From Vezdaea acicularis (Eukaryota), in the NCBI GenBank assembly GCA_026025075.1, contig JAPEUI010000066.1, forward strand, positions 1 to 64,000: a stretch of 64,000 bases of DNA, given 5' to 3'. The notes under the pieces were generated by a model. It saw only the letters and a program-made list of their open reading frames with translations, was not told the origin of the DNA and searched no databases. This document shows, piece by piece, positions 24,178 to 37,401 of the stretch. Made by a program: the position numbers and the translations under genes. The first letter of the stretch is position 1; each line of letters begins with the position of its first letter.

Positions 24178-26112
24178 ATGAACGAAAAAGCGACGTTCGA
24201 CTTCGGGGGCTTACGCCTTGCAGAAGAAGAAATCGACCGCAGGATTCTCGTGGCCGTCGACTTCGGTACGACTTACTCGGGTGTAGCATGGGCTCAGACT
24301 ATGAAGGTGGGTAAATGCATCCGACGTATACGCTCCTAGTCATTCCTAACAGAAGAGATAGTCTGAAGTTCAATCAATCATTGTGCAGTGGCCAGATGCT
24401 TCCTCTCAGGGTCTTGAAGGGAAATCGAGCGACAAGGTTCCCACGTATGGCTATGGTGCTGTCACCAAGTAAAACATGCTGATAATCCACCGCTTTCAGG
24501 GAACTGAGATACGAGGGTGCTATTGCGAAGTGGGGCTTCCAGATCCCTACGGGGGCCGAGAGACACCAATGGTTCAAGCTTGAACTTGACCCTACTCAAA
24601 CGGAGAGTAGGGATTCAGAGCTCGCAAGGCTCTACCCAAGTCCCAATGCTCTGCCGCCAGCCTATGATACACCAGTCGAAAAGCTGGTGACTGATTATCT
24701 GACGGCTTTACGCAAACACATCAGGCTAGTGCTTGAGCATAAGCTACACGCCAGTGTTCTCAGGTCCACCCCTATCGAGTATATCATCACAGTCCCGGCA
24801 GTTTGGAGTGAATCTGCCCAGGCCAAGACACGATCATGTGCGGAAGCAGCAGGCATGGGAAATGGACGCAAGTTACAGATCATCACAGAGCCCGAGGCGG
24901 CAGCCATATATGCACTGGACACGATGGACCCGACTGAGCTGAAGGTTGGAGATACATTCGTGCTCTGTGATGCTGGCGGCGGTACAGTCGATCTTATCAG
25001 CTATACTGTTGCTGCTCTGAAGCCCCACCTGCGAGTGGATGAGCCGACCTACGGAACAGGTAGGTTCGATTGGAATTACGCTACAGGGTATAACCGTATT
25101 AATACGTGAAACAGGCAGCCTGGCAGGTTCTTCATTCTTGAACCGGATCTTCCACAAGTTCCTCCAAGACAAGTTCCGAAATATCGGCACTGTCGACGAG
25201 GAAACCCTTGAGGAAGCCATGGAGGAAGCCATGGCGTATTTTGACGCGGACACGAAGAAGTCCTTCGGAAGCACCTCTCACGAGTTCTTAATCCCGGTCA
25301 CTGGACTTGGCAACATCCCAGCTCTTGGTGTGAAACGCCATAAGCTAAGAGTCTCCGCTGAGGAGATGCGCGCCATCTTCGATCCTGTCGTCCAGAAGGT
25401 CATCAAGTTAGTTCTAGACCAGATCAGGGCTACAGGCAAGCCAGTCACGGCTGTCCTCCTCGTAGGCGGTTTCGGCACCTCGGGCTACCTCTTCGACCGC
25501 CTCCGCTCCGCCGTCCCCCGCACCACCCAAATCCTCCAGTCCCCCAACGGCTGGACCGCCGTCGTCCGCGGCGCCCTCATGAAAGGCCTCGCCTCCGTGA
25601 CGCCCGAGCTTGAGCGCGTCACCATCGGGCAGCGCCGCGCCCGTAAGAACTACGGGATGCAGATCTGGAGCCGCTACGACGAAACCAAGCACCGCACGCT
25701 CGCAGACCAGAAGCGCTGGTTCGGCCGCACCAAGTGCTACCGCGTCTACGTGATGAACTGGTTCATCAAAAAGAACGACGAAGTCGACGAAAGCGAGCCG
25801 CACCGCCACTTCTTCTGCGTCGACAGCCTCGTCACCGAAGGCCCCCCGCTCGACGTCACGGCCCAGATCTACGCTGATAATAACGCCGTCGCCCCCCTCA
25901 CCAAAACCGATAGCGTCAAGAAACTCGTCAAGCTCTACGCCGATCTCAGTCATATCCCCCAGGACACCATCTCCAAGGAGAACGGCAAGGACGGCCAGGA
26001 GTACTTCGTCCTCGACTACGAAATCCAGGCCACGTATAGCTCCGGCCAGACTATCTATGAGCTCGTCTATAACGATATCAAGTACGATACCGTCAAGGCG
26101 GAGTATGTCTGA
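24178..26112 (+). CDS. Atypical Hsp70 / actin-like ATPase (HSPA12-like fungal family)
   Basis: ILVAVDFGTTYSGVAW, YIITVPAVWS, ITEPEAAA, LCDAGGGTVDLISY, LLVGGFGTSGYL, WTAVVRGA. No canonical substrate-binding lid, EEVD or HDEL tail. 3 introns. Confidence 0.92.
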
Positions 26113-26875
26113 GGAAATCCTGGAGTGACGTTCAATCCCTTGTTCAATGGCTTGGGGAAATAAGGGGGGCATAGAGTGGATGCGTTCATCTTCAATAAAG
26201 GGGGGGCGCGTAGGCGAAAGCGTGGCCGGCATGGAATGGCTATGTGGTTGCGGCGTTGCAGAGTTTCAGAGGGAGCGGTTTATTGAACGATAACCTATGT
26301 TTTCCCTTCCCCCTTTCACTTTTGCCTTAGAGCGAGCTTGCGCATACAGATCTGTTTCTGGTTCTTTCCTCCATATATAAAGATCTTCCACCGAACCCCC
26401 CCCCCCTCCCTCCAAAAACCACTGTTGCTGATCGTGATCACGTAACCCCCCTTGCTCGAGTTTCGTGAAGTCCGCTCGCTCCGCAGCGCCAGCGCTTCTG
26501 CGTCTGTCTCTTCCATGCCTTCCTGTAGCCCCCACAGCGTTCGTTGCATGATCACCCCTCACACCTTGGCGGCCGGTTGGGGCTAGATAGCTCGTCAGCG
26601 GAACAGAAACTATCAGCTCATGGGCCGTCGTCTGGGTTGCGAGCTTTCCCCTTCCTCTTCGAGACATCCAAAGGGAGGGAGAAGCTCGAAGCAGATATCA
26701 TGCGAAAACACATATTCTCCGGACCGCTTCACAGCACGAACAAGGCCGGCTAGATACGGGCATGGAAAAGCTTGCAGAGTCGAAGCAGAGCATGTGAGTC
26801 CCTGAAGACTCTCATCCCAGCCAAAAACCGCTTGAACGCGCGATTGAAACGAGCTGGATGCTTGTTCATGAGGAA

Positions 26876-28130
26876 TTAGTGAGCTTTGACGGGTCTAGGC
26901 TGGCTTGCGTCGTCATTGGTAGGAGCGATGGGATCGTTGGCGTTCTCGCTTTTTGTTTTCTGTTTCTGCTTTTCACTCTCCTTTTCCTGATCCGCGCGGA
27001 TCTGGCGTAGGAGGTCTGGATACTACGAACCCCAAAGCATCAGCCCGAGCGACCCAACAAAGAAGGGCACAAAAACGCAGCTAACAAGCACTTACCCAGA
27101 CCTCCGCAACATCAGGATGGCTCTTGATGCGATTCATAAAGGTAGCCTCGCCGAGATGGGTATACCTGCCCTTCACGAACGTGAACTCGACATCATCGCG
27201 ACGGCCGCCGCGCTGTTCAACCAATTGGCGTTTCAGCTGGAGCACACTGCTCGGCATCTCGATAGCGTCGAAGGTCGCGCCGAAGGAAACACCCTGGAAG
27301 AAGGGGATGGAGAAGCGTGGCCCGCTGCCCCGCTCGGGGGAGAGTACGCGGTGCGTCGTCGACTGACAGACGCCCTGGGTGAGCGCCTCGAGGCCCTGGC
27401 CGATCGCCACGACGAGCGTGCCTGGGACCGGCTTGCATGCGATCCATTCCCCCGCGGTGTTCTGGACTTGCAGGCAGTTGTGGTCGGAGGCTTGGAGGAC
27501 GTAGCTGGTTAGCATGCTGTCCTTGTGGGGGCCGACGCCTTGGGCGGCGGGGCTCTGTCCGGCGACGCCGAGCGCGGCGAGGTCGGGGTATTTGACGACT
27601 TTCAACTTGTGCTGCTGGTCGGCTTCGAAGAAGGAGTCGAAGGCCGTGGGGGGCAGTCCGAGGGCTTCGGCGACGAGGCGGGTGAATTCCATGGAGACGT
27701 CGCCCATGCGCTGAAGGTAGTCTTCGAAGGTGGTGCGGAAGCTTGGGAGCGAGTCGGGCCACTGGTTCGGCGCTTTGAGGTTGTAGAAGAGCGGTTGCGA
27801 GGCGGTGCGGAGCGGGTGCGGCGTGGATAGGTCGATCTGCTCGCGCCAGTCCGTCTTGAACGCCGTGATCTCCCCGCCTAGACGCGAGTATCCGAGGAAG
27901 CTCGGCGCGTTCTTCATTTCGATCTTAAGCTTCTCGTCCATGGGGAGGTCGAAGAAGGCTTTGCCCTCGTGAATGACGGCGTCGGTGAGGGCGGGGGGGA
28001 TGCCGGTGTTCTTGATGTAGAGGAAGCCGACTTCGAGGAGGGCATGGCGGAGAGAGGACAGGAACGCTGGCTTGGTCTCGGCAGACCGGGCGAGGTCGAG
28101 GTCGAGGATGGGAATGCTGCTGAACGACAT
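26876..28130 (-). CDS. 2-oxoglutarate/Fe(II) dioxygenase (IPNS/DIOX_N family)
   Basis: IPILDL...VGFLYIKNTGI, GVGPHKD (HxD), VCQSTTHRV, RFSIPFFQ. One intron near 27094; the final exon reads YPDLLRQ...PVKAH*. Confidence 0.9.
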
Positions 28131-28443
28131 CTTAGACAGTCAGAAGACTTTTCTTCTCATATGAATAGTGGAGATGTGTTTTGCTTCGATGGCAACCTCG
28201 AAGGAGCACCAAGTCTTTGCCGATGATGGCGTTGCTCTCACCGGCGATAAGACGTTCTAGCGCATCATGTCGCGCCAGCCGTGCCGAGGATGGCGTTATC
28301 ACTATCAGCACGTGACTCGCCTACGCTTCCCGCAAGTAAAAATAGCCAACCCGCCAGTCCCTCAAGCCACCGCGAGCAGCGAAACCCGGTTCAGGGCGTC
28401 ATCGCGCGGAACCCCCCTTGCCAGCGAAACAGCTGCGTGACCC

Positions 28444-29578
28444 ATGGCTCTCGTCCCTGAGGAAGAGCCGCTGCACGGTTAGTCTTGCCCCTTTGCGCCA
28501 CGCCGAGCGGCTGTTCGACTGACCCGCCACTAAACACCCCAGTCTTGCAGTCTTCAACCTGCCGCAGCTCTACAGTCGGCCTTCTGCTCTGGCGTTGAGA
28601 GCTGCGCTGGACCTCCTGGCGATAAAGCCGTCGTCGTGGGGAGTCGACAACGGCTTGGCTTCGCTGGCACAGCGGAGAGTCGACTCGGAGGGAGTGACTG
28701 CCTATTTGACCTCCATCGTCGCGTCGTCGCTGGCTTGGCTGGACGAGAGCGAGCAGGTTGCGATATGGGAGCTGGCGAGCCAGCGACTGAGCGAACGATC
28801 GGGCAGATCGGGTATGTCCTCCCTTCACTCTCTCTCTCATTCATGCATCGTGAAATGGCCACTGACAGGAAGTCCAGCTCAATCGGCCCTTACCCGCACG
28901 TTCGACATCGCGGTCAACACCACCGACGTCTCCTCGAGCGTCCTGATCATCATCCACGAGCCCGCTCTCACCTCCGACAACCTCGGCCTCAAGACCTGGT
29001 GCGCGGCCTACCTGCTCTCCCGCCGGCTCCGCGCCATCGCTCCGATCCGGTCCCACCGCGTGCTCGAACTCGGAGCAGGTACGGGGCTAGTCGGCATCGC
29101 CGCGGCGATCGTGTGGGGCAGCGCGGTGCACCTCACCGACCTGCCTGAGATCGTGCCGAACCTGGCGGCCAATATCGAGGCGAACTCGGTCATGATCGCG
29201 GGGTCTGGTGGGAGTGCTTTGGCCGGAGTGCTGGATTGGGGGGATGTTGAAGCGTCGGTGGACAAGTTCGGGACGATCGTCGTGGCTGATCCGATCTACT
29301 CCCCTGAGCATCCGCGGTTGCTCGTCCAGGCGGTGGGGAAGTGTCTGAGTCGCCAGCGGGATGCGCGTCTGCTCATCGAACTCCCACTGCGAGACGAGTA
29401 CGCCAGAGAGATCGTCGAGCTCAAGGACAGGATGCAGCGGCTTGGCCTCGCGATCAAGGACGAGAGCGAAGAGACTGGCAGAGATGACTGGGGCCCCACC
29501 GACGCCTTGACAGAAGTCAGGTGCTGGCACGCGACGTACGAGTGGGCACGCTCAAGCTACAGTAGCAGCGACCGGTAG
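28444..29578 (+). CDS. Protein-lysine N-methyltransferase, Efm2/Rrg1-like (METTL21 family)
   Basis: FNLPQLY, IWELASQRLSERSGRS, HEPALTSDNLGLKTW, VLELGAGTGLVGI, LDWG, ADPIYSPEHP. 2 introns. Confidence 0.85.
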
Positions 29579-29906
29579 TGATATATTCATTAAAGCCGTA
29601 ATACTCATCCCGAGCTACGCGAAAGCAGAAGCCAGCCGTCTATGTTCATCCGTACGGGTCACCATGACCCTAATGCAAACCTAGCCGTATCGGTACCAAT
29701 AACCTCCCGCAGACATTCGCTGATTGCACAAGAAACCAAACCGCCGAGTTCCGAAACAACAACCATGAGCAAGTAACCTTCGCATCGGCATCGCTTGATG
29801 AGCATGCCGCCAAACGCCAGTGTCATCCCCCCTTCCCTCCTTCCATGGGACATGTATTCGCTAAACAATAAAGACGCAGCGTCAAAGTGACCGAGAGGCC
29901 AAAGGG

Positions 29907-30164
29907 CTAGTTCTTCAGCCAGTTACCGACGCTGCCAACGCTGCGCTCGCTACCGTCGCTGCTGACGCTGGTCGAGCGCTCCTTGTCGGTGAGGGCCTTG
30001 CCCATAGCCAGTCGCTCGACCGAGATGGGCTGTGCGTCTTTGGTGGTCGTGGCAGCGGTGGTCTCGACAGCCCCTTCGACCTCTGTGACGGCGATATGGG
30101 GGTTGAGCGGGGTGAGGCGGAGGAAGGTGGTTGGGGGCTTGATGTTGGAGTTGATTGTGGACAT
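29907..30164 (-). CDS. Small hypothetical protein (85 aa, S/T-rich)
   Basis: ATG in good context (CAAAATG), strongly C-ending codons, and a TATATAAG box about 170 nt upstream (reverse complement of 30331-30338) followed by a C/A-rich leader. Confidence 0.6.
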   Translation of the reverse strand: MSTINSNIKPPTTFLRLTPLNPHIAVTEVEGAVETTAATTTKDAQPISVERLAMGKALTDKERSTSVSSDGSERSVGSVGNWLKN

Positions 30165-32636
30165 TTTGACAGAGGAAGTGGTGGAATGTGGTTCAAGGGC
30201 GGTAGGTGGGGGTGATTATGAAGTTATAGTAGTGCGCTGATTTTATGTGGATGTGGTAGGATGTGGTGAATGAGGTCTGTCGCGGGCGAATTTGATAGAA
30301 GTGATATGTAGATGGAGAACGGGCAGTCGGCTTATATAGACGGCAATGACGCAGTAATCTGGCTTGTCTGATGTAGGCAACAGTTCAGTCTTGCTCGGAA
30401 GAAGAGGGCGAGAGTGAGAGAGGTGTCCCTTCCCTTTATACCCGCGCTCCTTCCCTCCTTCCCTCCCCTCCCTCGACCTCCTGCCTCGTACGCGCCCACG
30501 GCACCTGCCCTCCTGCCCTACCGCACAGCAGTGCGGCTGCCCCCCCATCCGTCGGAGCCGCACCTAAGCGCGTGCGACGACACACGGACGAAAAGGAAAT
30601 AAGCTGGTCCGGCCAAAGTCCGTCCGTCTGGCCTGCGCGGGGCACGGGCAAGGCCAACCATCGTCTTCCACACACGCACGTTCGAGCGCGGCGCGCTGCA
30701 CGTTGAGATTGATGGCCGTCTGTGCGCCGCGGCGCGATGGCCTTATCGCTGCCGAAGCAGGGTCTACTTTAGCTTGGAAGGGGGGGAAAGATGTACGCGG
30801 GCGACGGTGCTGCGTACGGCGGCGGTGACGATCATCGCGAGGTTGTTGGGCGCGCCGGTGGGCAGACAGGCATCGGCGAGGGGGAGCCATGCGTTTCATG
30901 CGCGCCGTGGATAGCTCGGTGGGAAGGGGGGGGGGTGGGGAGATCCATTGTGCTGCTGTTGCACGCTGGAGACAGGATCCGATTGACCGAGCGGCTCTCC
31001 CACTCGCACACACTGCCAGACGCGCGAGTGCGCCTTCGCGGTGGCGGGGGACGCCGTGTTGTGAACTTGGCGCTCCTGCAGGCGTGCGACTCGATGAATT
31101 ATTAATCCAGCTTTCGCTTGGACTCTTCTCTTCTGGTGTTGTTGTTGCGAAGGATGGAGCCGCGGCGCGGTGGGATGGATGCGAGTGAGTGCATGGGGAG
31201 CAGAGTGCGAGCATGGAGGGGCCCGATGACGCAGTGGCCGCGGGGATCAAACGACGAGCTGGTCAGCAACAAGCTTACCATTCGGTCACCTTCGGTGTGA
31301 CGCCCGCCCGAACGAAGGAAAGAAGAGTAACCCCGGAAACAGGGCACGGCGGACCTGACGCAACACGAGACGAGACGGAGCGAAGGAGAAAAGAAGCATG
31401 ACGAAGAAAGAGAAAAAAAAAGGGAATTTTAGAGGTTGCGCACGCTGATCTGGGGCACGAGCTTGGCTTGCTTGGCCCTCCTTTGCTCTTTCCTGCTCTG
31501 CACTTTCCTGCTCGGTCTCCTTTGCTTCCTCAGCTGACCCTCCGACCCTGCCCCATCCTGCTTGCGTGCTCAGTCGCCCCTTCCCCATCTCGCTGCTCTC
31601 CAGCTCTTTCCCACTCGGTTGCATCGCATCTCTGATCGAAGAAAGAGCCGACGTGTGCGGCGCCGGGAAGAGCAAGGCCGACCCACCCCCTTCCCAAAAG
31701 GAAGTTCTCGAAGGCTTCCATTCGCTTCGGCCCGCCCTATGGGAAGGTTTTTGGTTGAGAGCCGGAGGGTGTCGTCGAGGGCGGCCGCTGCCCGCTAAGC
31801 AGCGCGAGGAGGGTTGGGGCCCGCCGGCAGTGGCAAGCTGCTGCATGGGCCACTGCATAAGCGGCGAGGGAGCGCGCAGGCGGCCACGGGTCAGCTGGTA
31901 CCCCGCGCGTCCAAGCTTTTTCTCTTTCTCTGCCTCCTCGCATCTCGGCTTCGAGGGGGGTGGGGTCTTCAGATCAGAGAGATCGGGGCGATGGGGGGGC
32001 CGAGAGATGGTCGGGACGCGAACGCCGAGCCCGCCTCCAGCGACGCCATGGCGGCTCGCCGACGAGAGGACAACACCATCGTGACGTGCAGAGGGACAGC
32101 TGGAGCGGGAGGAGTTACGATGACAGTGACTGGACAGTTGCAGCGGCCGGCGCTCGGCTTAAGGCTTGTGCGCAGATGGGTGCGCATGTTCGGGGGCGTA
32201 GAAGGTGGGTCTCAGCAGCAGCTTCTGCGTACGTCGATCTCCAATGCCTGGCCTCTCTGTCTCTCTCTCTCGCTCTCTGCCTCTCTTCACCGACTTCTTC
32301 TCCAGCTGGTGTTGCGCCCGCTTTCTTTATCAGGACAAGACCATTGGACGCCCGTCAAGACGGGCGTGTCTCGAACAGCGCACACAGCATCGCGTACCTT
32401 ATCATGTCCGAGCCGAGCCGCAGACGAAAGCTATACAGTAGTTCGATATCGAACGGAGGCAAATGGTCGTTACAAACGTGCGGTAATCATACAGGACAGT
32501 GGTCCTCGGTGACTAGGCTATCATCCCCCAGCCATCATCCAAGCTCATTCACCTGACAGAAGGAAAACCAATATCAATCCAGGCATCGCCCCTTGCCGCG
32601 ATCGGAGCTTCTCCTCTTTCAAAACTCGTCCGCTCG

Positions 32637-33944
32637 TCAACGCTTCCCAAATCTCTTCTGCTCGTCCTTGCTGGACGCAAAGCTGAGGCCCTGTCCTCGG
32701 AAACCCTGCGACGAGACGTTGAACCGAGAGTCCTCCGTCGGCGTCTCCGACACCAGACTACCCAGGCTAACTTCCCTGTTGTGCCCCCGACTCTGCAACT
32801 CCACGCTGGTGGGCACATCGCGGAACCGCTCATCCACAGCGGAGACGCTCTCGCCAGCCAACCTGATGGCCCCGCCCTTCCCGATATCCATCCTCTGCCG
32901 GCGAGCAGCACTTCCCCCGTAACCTTTCCTCCTTGACGGCAAGACGCCGAGTCCGATCTGCCGGTGCTTGCGGAAGCCATAGAACAGCCCGAAGAGGATG
33001 AAGACGAACACGGCAAGCCCGACCGGTAAGCCGATATACAGCCCCTTCTTGTCAATCCCCGTCTTGGGTGGGGATGGATAGTGCTCCGCCGGCTCGAGAA
33101 TTAGTGAGATGATGGGGCCTGGGGTCATCTCCGCTCGCTGGTCTGGCGTTGGGTCCTTCGTGAACAGCCACACGGTGAGGTTGTTCCTGGGCTGGTTTTT
33201 CAGCCAGTTTGCGCTCATCTGAACGGACACGAAGCCGTAGCTATTCGGCGTCTTGTCAGACCGCCAGACCTCAGGGCCGCGGTTCGTGGATTGGTTCGCG
33301 TATTGTAGGATTACTTCGACGGTTGTGTTTACCACAAATGCGTCAGGATCCCAGGTAACTAAGCTTTTGTTAGAAATCCTCTTCACATTCTCCAACAAGA
33401 GCGTATGTAGGGAAGGGAAGGTACTCACCGTAGTATGTGGAGCCAGCCCAGACATCTGTGCCGTTTGTGGGTGAGCAAAAAGGAGCATAGTCTCCGTCCA
33501 TGTTATGACAGTTTGTCGGCGCATTGGAGGGTCGAGGTAGGTTCATATCAACGCTGCTTGAGGTTCGATCGGCATCACCACCGCCAGCGCTTGATACGCT
33601 CAAGGTAATGGGGCCGGTTGCGGAGGCGGATGTGACCGATGGTGGAGTTGTCGTCCCTGTTGCTGTAGCTGTTGCTGTAGCTGTGCCCGGGATGCTGGAG
33701 CTGAGGCCTGTCGCTGTCCCTGTTGATGAGCCAGTCAAGGTGCCCGTCGATGAAGCCGTAGACGAGGCTAAGACCAACAGAATCAGCATCGTACAATTCA
33801 AAGATCCGAACCGCTGGGAAGCCGTCATCAGACAGAGTAGAGAGTAGAGAACTCACCATCAACTCTCCTCTCCACCGGTCCAGCTGCAACATCCCCAATC
33901 ACCGCCAGCAACGCGACCAACGCCGTAACCGTTCTCGTATACAT
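32637..33944 (-). CDS. Type I membrane glycoprotein, Psg1/DUF4448-like
   Basis: Signal peptide MYTRTVTALVALLAV, S/T-rich stalk, PFCSPTNGTDVWAGSTYY|VTWDP, TM GLYIGLPVGLAVFVFILFGLFYGF, then RKHRQIG and RKGYG. 2 introns. Confidence 0.78.
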
Positions 33945-34856
33945 CTCGAAACGCGTAAAACCCCCCCTAACCGACTTCAATATCTCTTCTCAAAAGCGAC
34001 TGGCGTCCAGAGCACACGATATCGCGGTCACCGTAATTCTGTATAAAGATATGCAAGACACGCAATTGCCCGAAGTGAGCGGGGGATCCGCAAATTGCCA
34101 AGGGAGCTGCGAGGTGAAGCTTTCACCAGCCTGCTGCGTTGGACCGAGCTCCTGAGTCTTCCCACACGAGAGCGAGCAGTTGGCTGGGGCGCTGGTACCT
34201 GACAGGCGAGAAAGGCCAAATCGCGCCCTGGACAGGGGTGCTGATTGGCGCGTGGGCCGTGGGGGCCCTGGGGCTAATTTCCAGGAACGGGCGAGATGGG
34301 GCGGCCGTCCATGCCGTCGTGCGCGAAAGCAAGCGAGGCCTCCGGTTTGGCGACGGACGATTTTTATTCTGGGGCATCAGATAATTCTACAGATAATAGA
34401 GAATAATACTCCTATGAATACTAGGTAGTGCGATACGAGCTCCATGTCTAAGGTGATTTTCTTCACCTTTGTGAAGAACTCCTGGTAAGCCATTGCTATG
34501 CAACGGGTCTTTTGATTCCGGCGCATTGACTTGAGATAAAGACAATTATCAAACGTGAGTTTACACACAGTCTTGTAGCAGTGTGGGCAACAGGTCGCAG
34601 GCTATAAGGCTGTAACTCCGTGCATAAGTACATATTGATAGCAGGATGGCCTATGGGATACCATAAGCCCGATACGCGTTGGAAGGCTTATGTAGTATCG
34701 TATAACGACGCGTTCAGTATCATCAACCCTCCTTTGCTGTGAGCTCGGCTCGTGGCAAATCAGCTCGTGGACCTCGGCAATTCATATATATCGAAAGCCC
34801 AGAGTCCCCGCAAAGCGCAGCATATCCCATCAACTTCACTTACCCGGCTTGCAAAG

Positions 34857-35756
34857 ATGAAGGTCGCAGATCGAACATTTATCATATCAGGAGGGTATGT
34901 TCGTCAATCGTCTCACATTTAAGCAGCAGATGCTGAAAGGTGCAGCGCATCAGGCCTTGGCCGGGCGACGGTCCTAAACTTATGTCAGGATGGGGCCCAT
35001 GCCGCTATCCTAGACATGAACGAGGAGCTCGGGGAATCGCTCGTCCAAGAGCTCGGGCATGACCGCACGCGATTCTACAAGACGGATGTCGCAGATACAG
35101 CAAGCATAGCATCCGCCGTCAAAAAATCAATCGCATGGGCGACGCAGGAGAGGAAAGAGATCGGCGGCGTGATAGCCGCAGCGGGCGTTGCAAACCCCGC
35201 GAAGGTTAGCTGATACCTTTACTGCATACCGAGAGCTGGTAGAATCTCTGATACGGATCAGATCATTGATCGGGATGGAGAGCCGTTCGATTTAGAGGGC
35301 TTCAACTTCGTGATGGACATCAATGTTCGAGGGACAATAGACCTGATTCGACAAACACTCCCCCACCTCTCGAAAGTCGAGCCGTCTCAGCCCGACACCG
35401 AACGTGGTGTCATCGTTATGGTGTCCTCATCCGCTGCATTCGACGGCCAACCAGGTCAGGTCGCATACGCGGCGTCGAAGGGTGCGATAGCTTCGCTCAC
35501 CTTACCAATGACGCGGGATCTTGCCCGGTATGGTATTCGAGTTGTGACGATTGCGCCAAGTCTGTTTGATTCTGGGATGACGGCCATAATGTCGGACAAA
35601 GTTCGAAGCAGTTTGACAAGGGTTATGGAGTTTCCACTGAGGCCGGGGAAGCCGGCGGAGTTTGCAAGTCTTGTAAGGCACAGTATCGAGAATGTGATGC
35701 TGAATGGGGTTGTGCTGAGACTGGACGGTGGGATGAGAATGCCGAGTAAGATATGA
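34857..35756 (+). CDS. Short-chain dehydrogenase, 3-hydroxyacyl-CoA dehydrogenase type 2 (HSD17B10-like)
   Basis: FIISGG|ASGLG, AAAGVA, ERGVIVMVSSSAAFDGQPGQVAYAASKG (YxxxK), LNGVVLRLDGGMRMP. Confidence 0.92.
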
Positions 35757-36477
35757 AGGTATTTGAACACTAGGTATAATGATTGTTAAATACATTTTCC
35801 GTGGGTACTCATCAGGTTTGACGGCAGGATAGAACCCGTTACATGTACTCCCTGAGATCAAGGGTCTGACAGTAACATGCGCACGTGATCCAGTCGCAAT
35901 GGAATCAAGTCATAAGATGGCGGTCATGGAACCCGTTCTTTTATGTAGAGCGGCAAAATGTCTCTTTCGAGATGAATTCACATCGAAAAAAAGCTCAATG
36001 CTGTCTTGGTGTAATGGAGGGATCGCCATCATTGTGTATGCGACTGCTGGTTGGTCCAAATACTTGAGACTCCCAGCCGAATCCCTGCTTAGGCGGGAGG
36101 CCTCTCGCCATTGAGCGGCCAGCTCAGCGCTTACAGCACCGCGAGCGGGTGCTCCGAGATGCAAGCTGCAGGCCTGGGCGGTTATCTTGCACCACTCCTC
36201 ATTGGCTTCAACCCGCAGGTTGGCACACCATGCATTCCTATCTTAAGCAGCCTTCCTCCGCACGTTGCCAATGTGCTTACTCCAGACCTCACTTCCACGA
36301 CTCCGTCCATCGTGAAGTGACCGACCGTCCATCGAAACCGTCGTCATCCTTGCCAACATTATCGCCATCGCATAGTCGGCAATAGCGTCGTGACAAGAGC
36401 GGCGCATCGACGTTGTCGCGCCTTTCGGTCGCATTCAAAGCGGTGTACCGGTCGCAGGTAGAACGAACACCGCCATC

Positions 36478-37401
36478 ATGTACTGCGCGAGGAAATGGAA
36501 GAATCCAAGGCTGGTGATTGCGCTCTTCTTCGTTGAACTGGGTGGTACCATCGCTGCTCTCGCCCTGTTCGGTATTGCTGCACCAGATCTCTTCCGGACA
36601 AATTTATGGCAGGACGGCTCCGACAATGGCTTCAACTCGAGCCCTAATCAGGTACTTTACGCTTATGCGAACTACCGGCCTATCCCCAAGACGCCTTTGA
36701 TCTGGAGTTCGTTGTAAGTCGACACTTCCGCCCCTTAGAACGGAGCATAACGCTGACCTGTTCATTCATAGCTTAACCAACTACAACATCGTTATCTCCA
36801 TCTTCTCCATGTTCGTCCTTCTCGTCAAAGCCGTCATGTTTGTCATGCATGTTTGGTATCCTCTCCTTAGCGCTATCCTTCACGCTATCATCGTTGCCCT
36901 ATGGGCCGTGAGCGTGTACGGGCAAGCAAGCCCTGACTACTCCGACCCCGAGCATCCAAGCAAGATCGCCTGGTACCTTGCGAAGCCTTGCAGCGTAGCC
37001 CACAAGTCGTCAAACATACACGGATGCCAGATGATGAAGGGGACTTTTGCTGTCACGATCGTCATGCTGTAGGTTCAACACCATTTAAATATGTTTAAAA
37101 CTCCTCACTGACTGTGATCTATAGTGCCGTTTTCTTCTTCCACATCCCCCTCTCCATATACTCCATGTATCCAAGCAAAACGGCGCGGCATGCTCGCATG
37201 ACCTCTTTGGAATCAGAAGCCAACATGAAAGAATCCCCACACTCCGATTCGACAACCGAACAGCAATGGGAAGCCAACGGAGATTCCAAGCGCGGGTTCG
37301 AACTTGGAGCAGTGCCAGCAGGGATAAGGAACCCGACCACTCCACGAACAACAGCGTTCAACGCCCTCTCTGGAAGGCTTCCCCTGAGGAGTCAGAAGTA
37401 G
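36478..37401 (+). CDS. Conserved fungal 4-TM membrane protein (MARVEL-like topology), 3 exons
   Basis: Hydrophobic helices with motifs PDLFRTNLWQDG, GFNSSP, YAYANYRP and GQASPDYSDPEHPS. GT-AG introns near 36714 and 37068. Confidence 0.8.

Noticed and set aside
25414..26232. Long antisense ORFs (also 8240-8827, 56955-57761 and 61567-62394)
   Set aside because: Shadows of codon-biased real genes on the opposite strand.
920..28130. Secondary-metabolite cluster around laeA and the 2OG dioxygenase
   Set aside because: No PKS, NRPS or terpene backbone gene, and the intervening genes are housekeeping.
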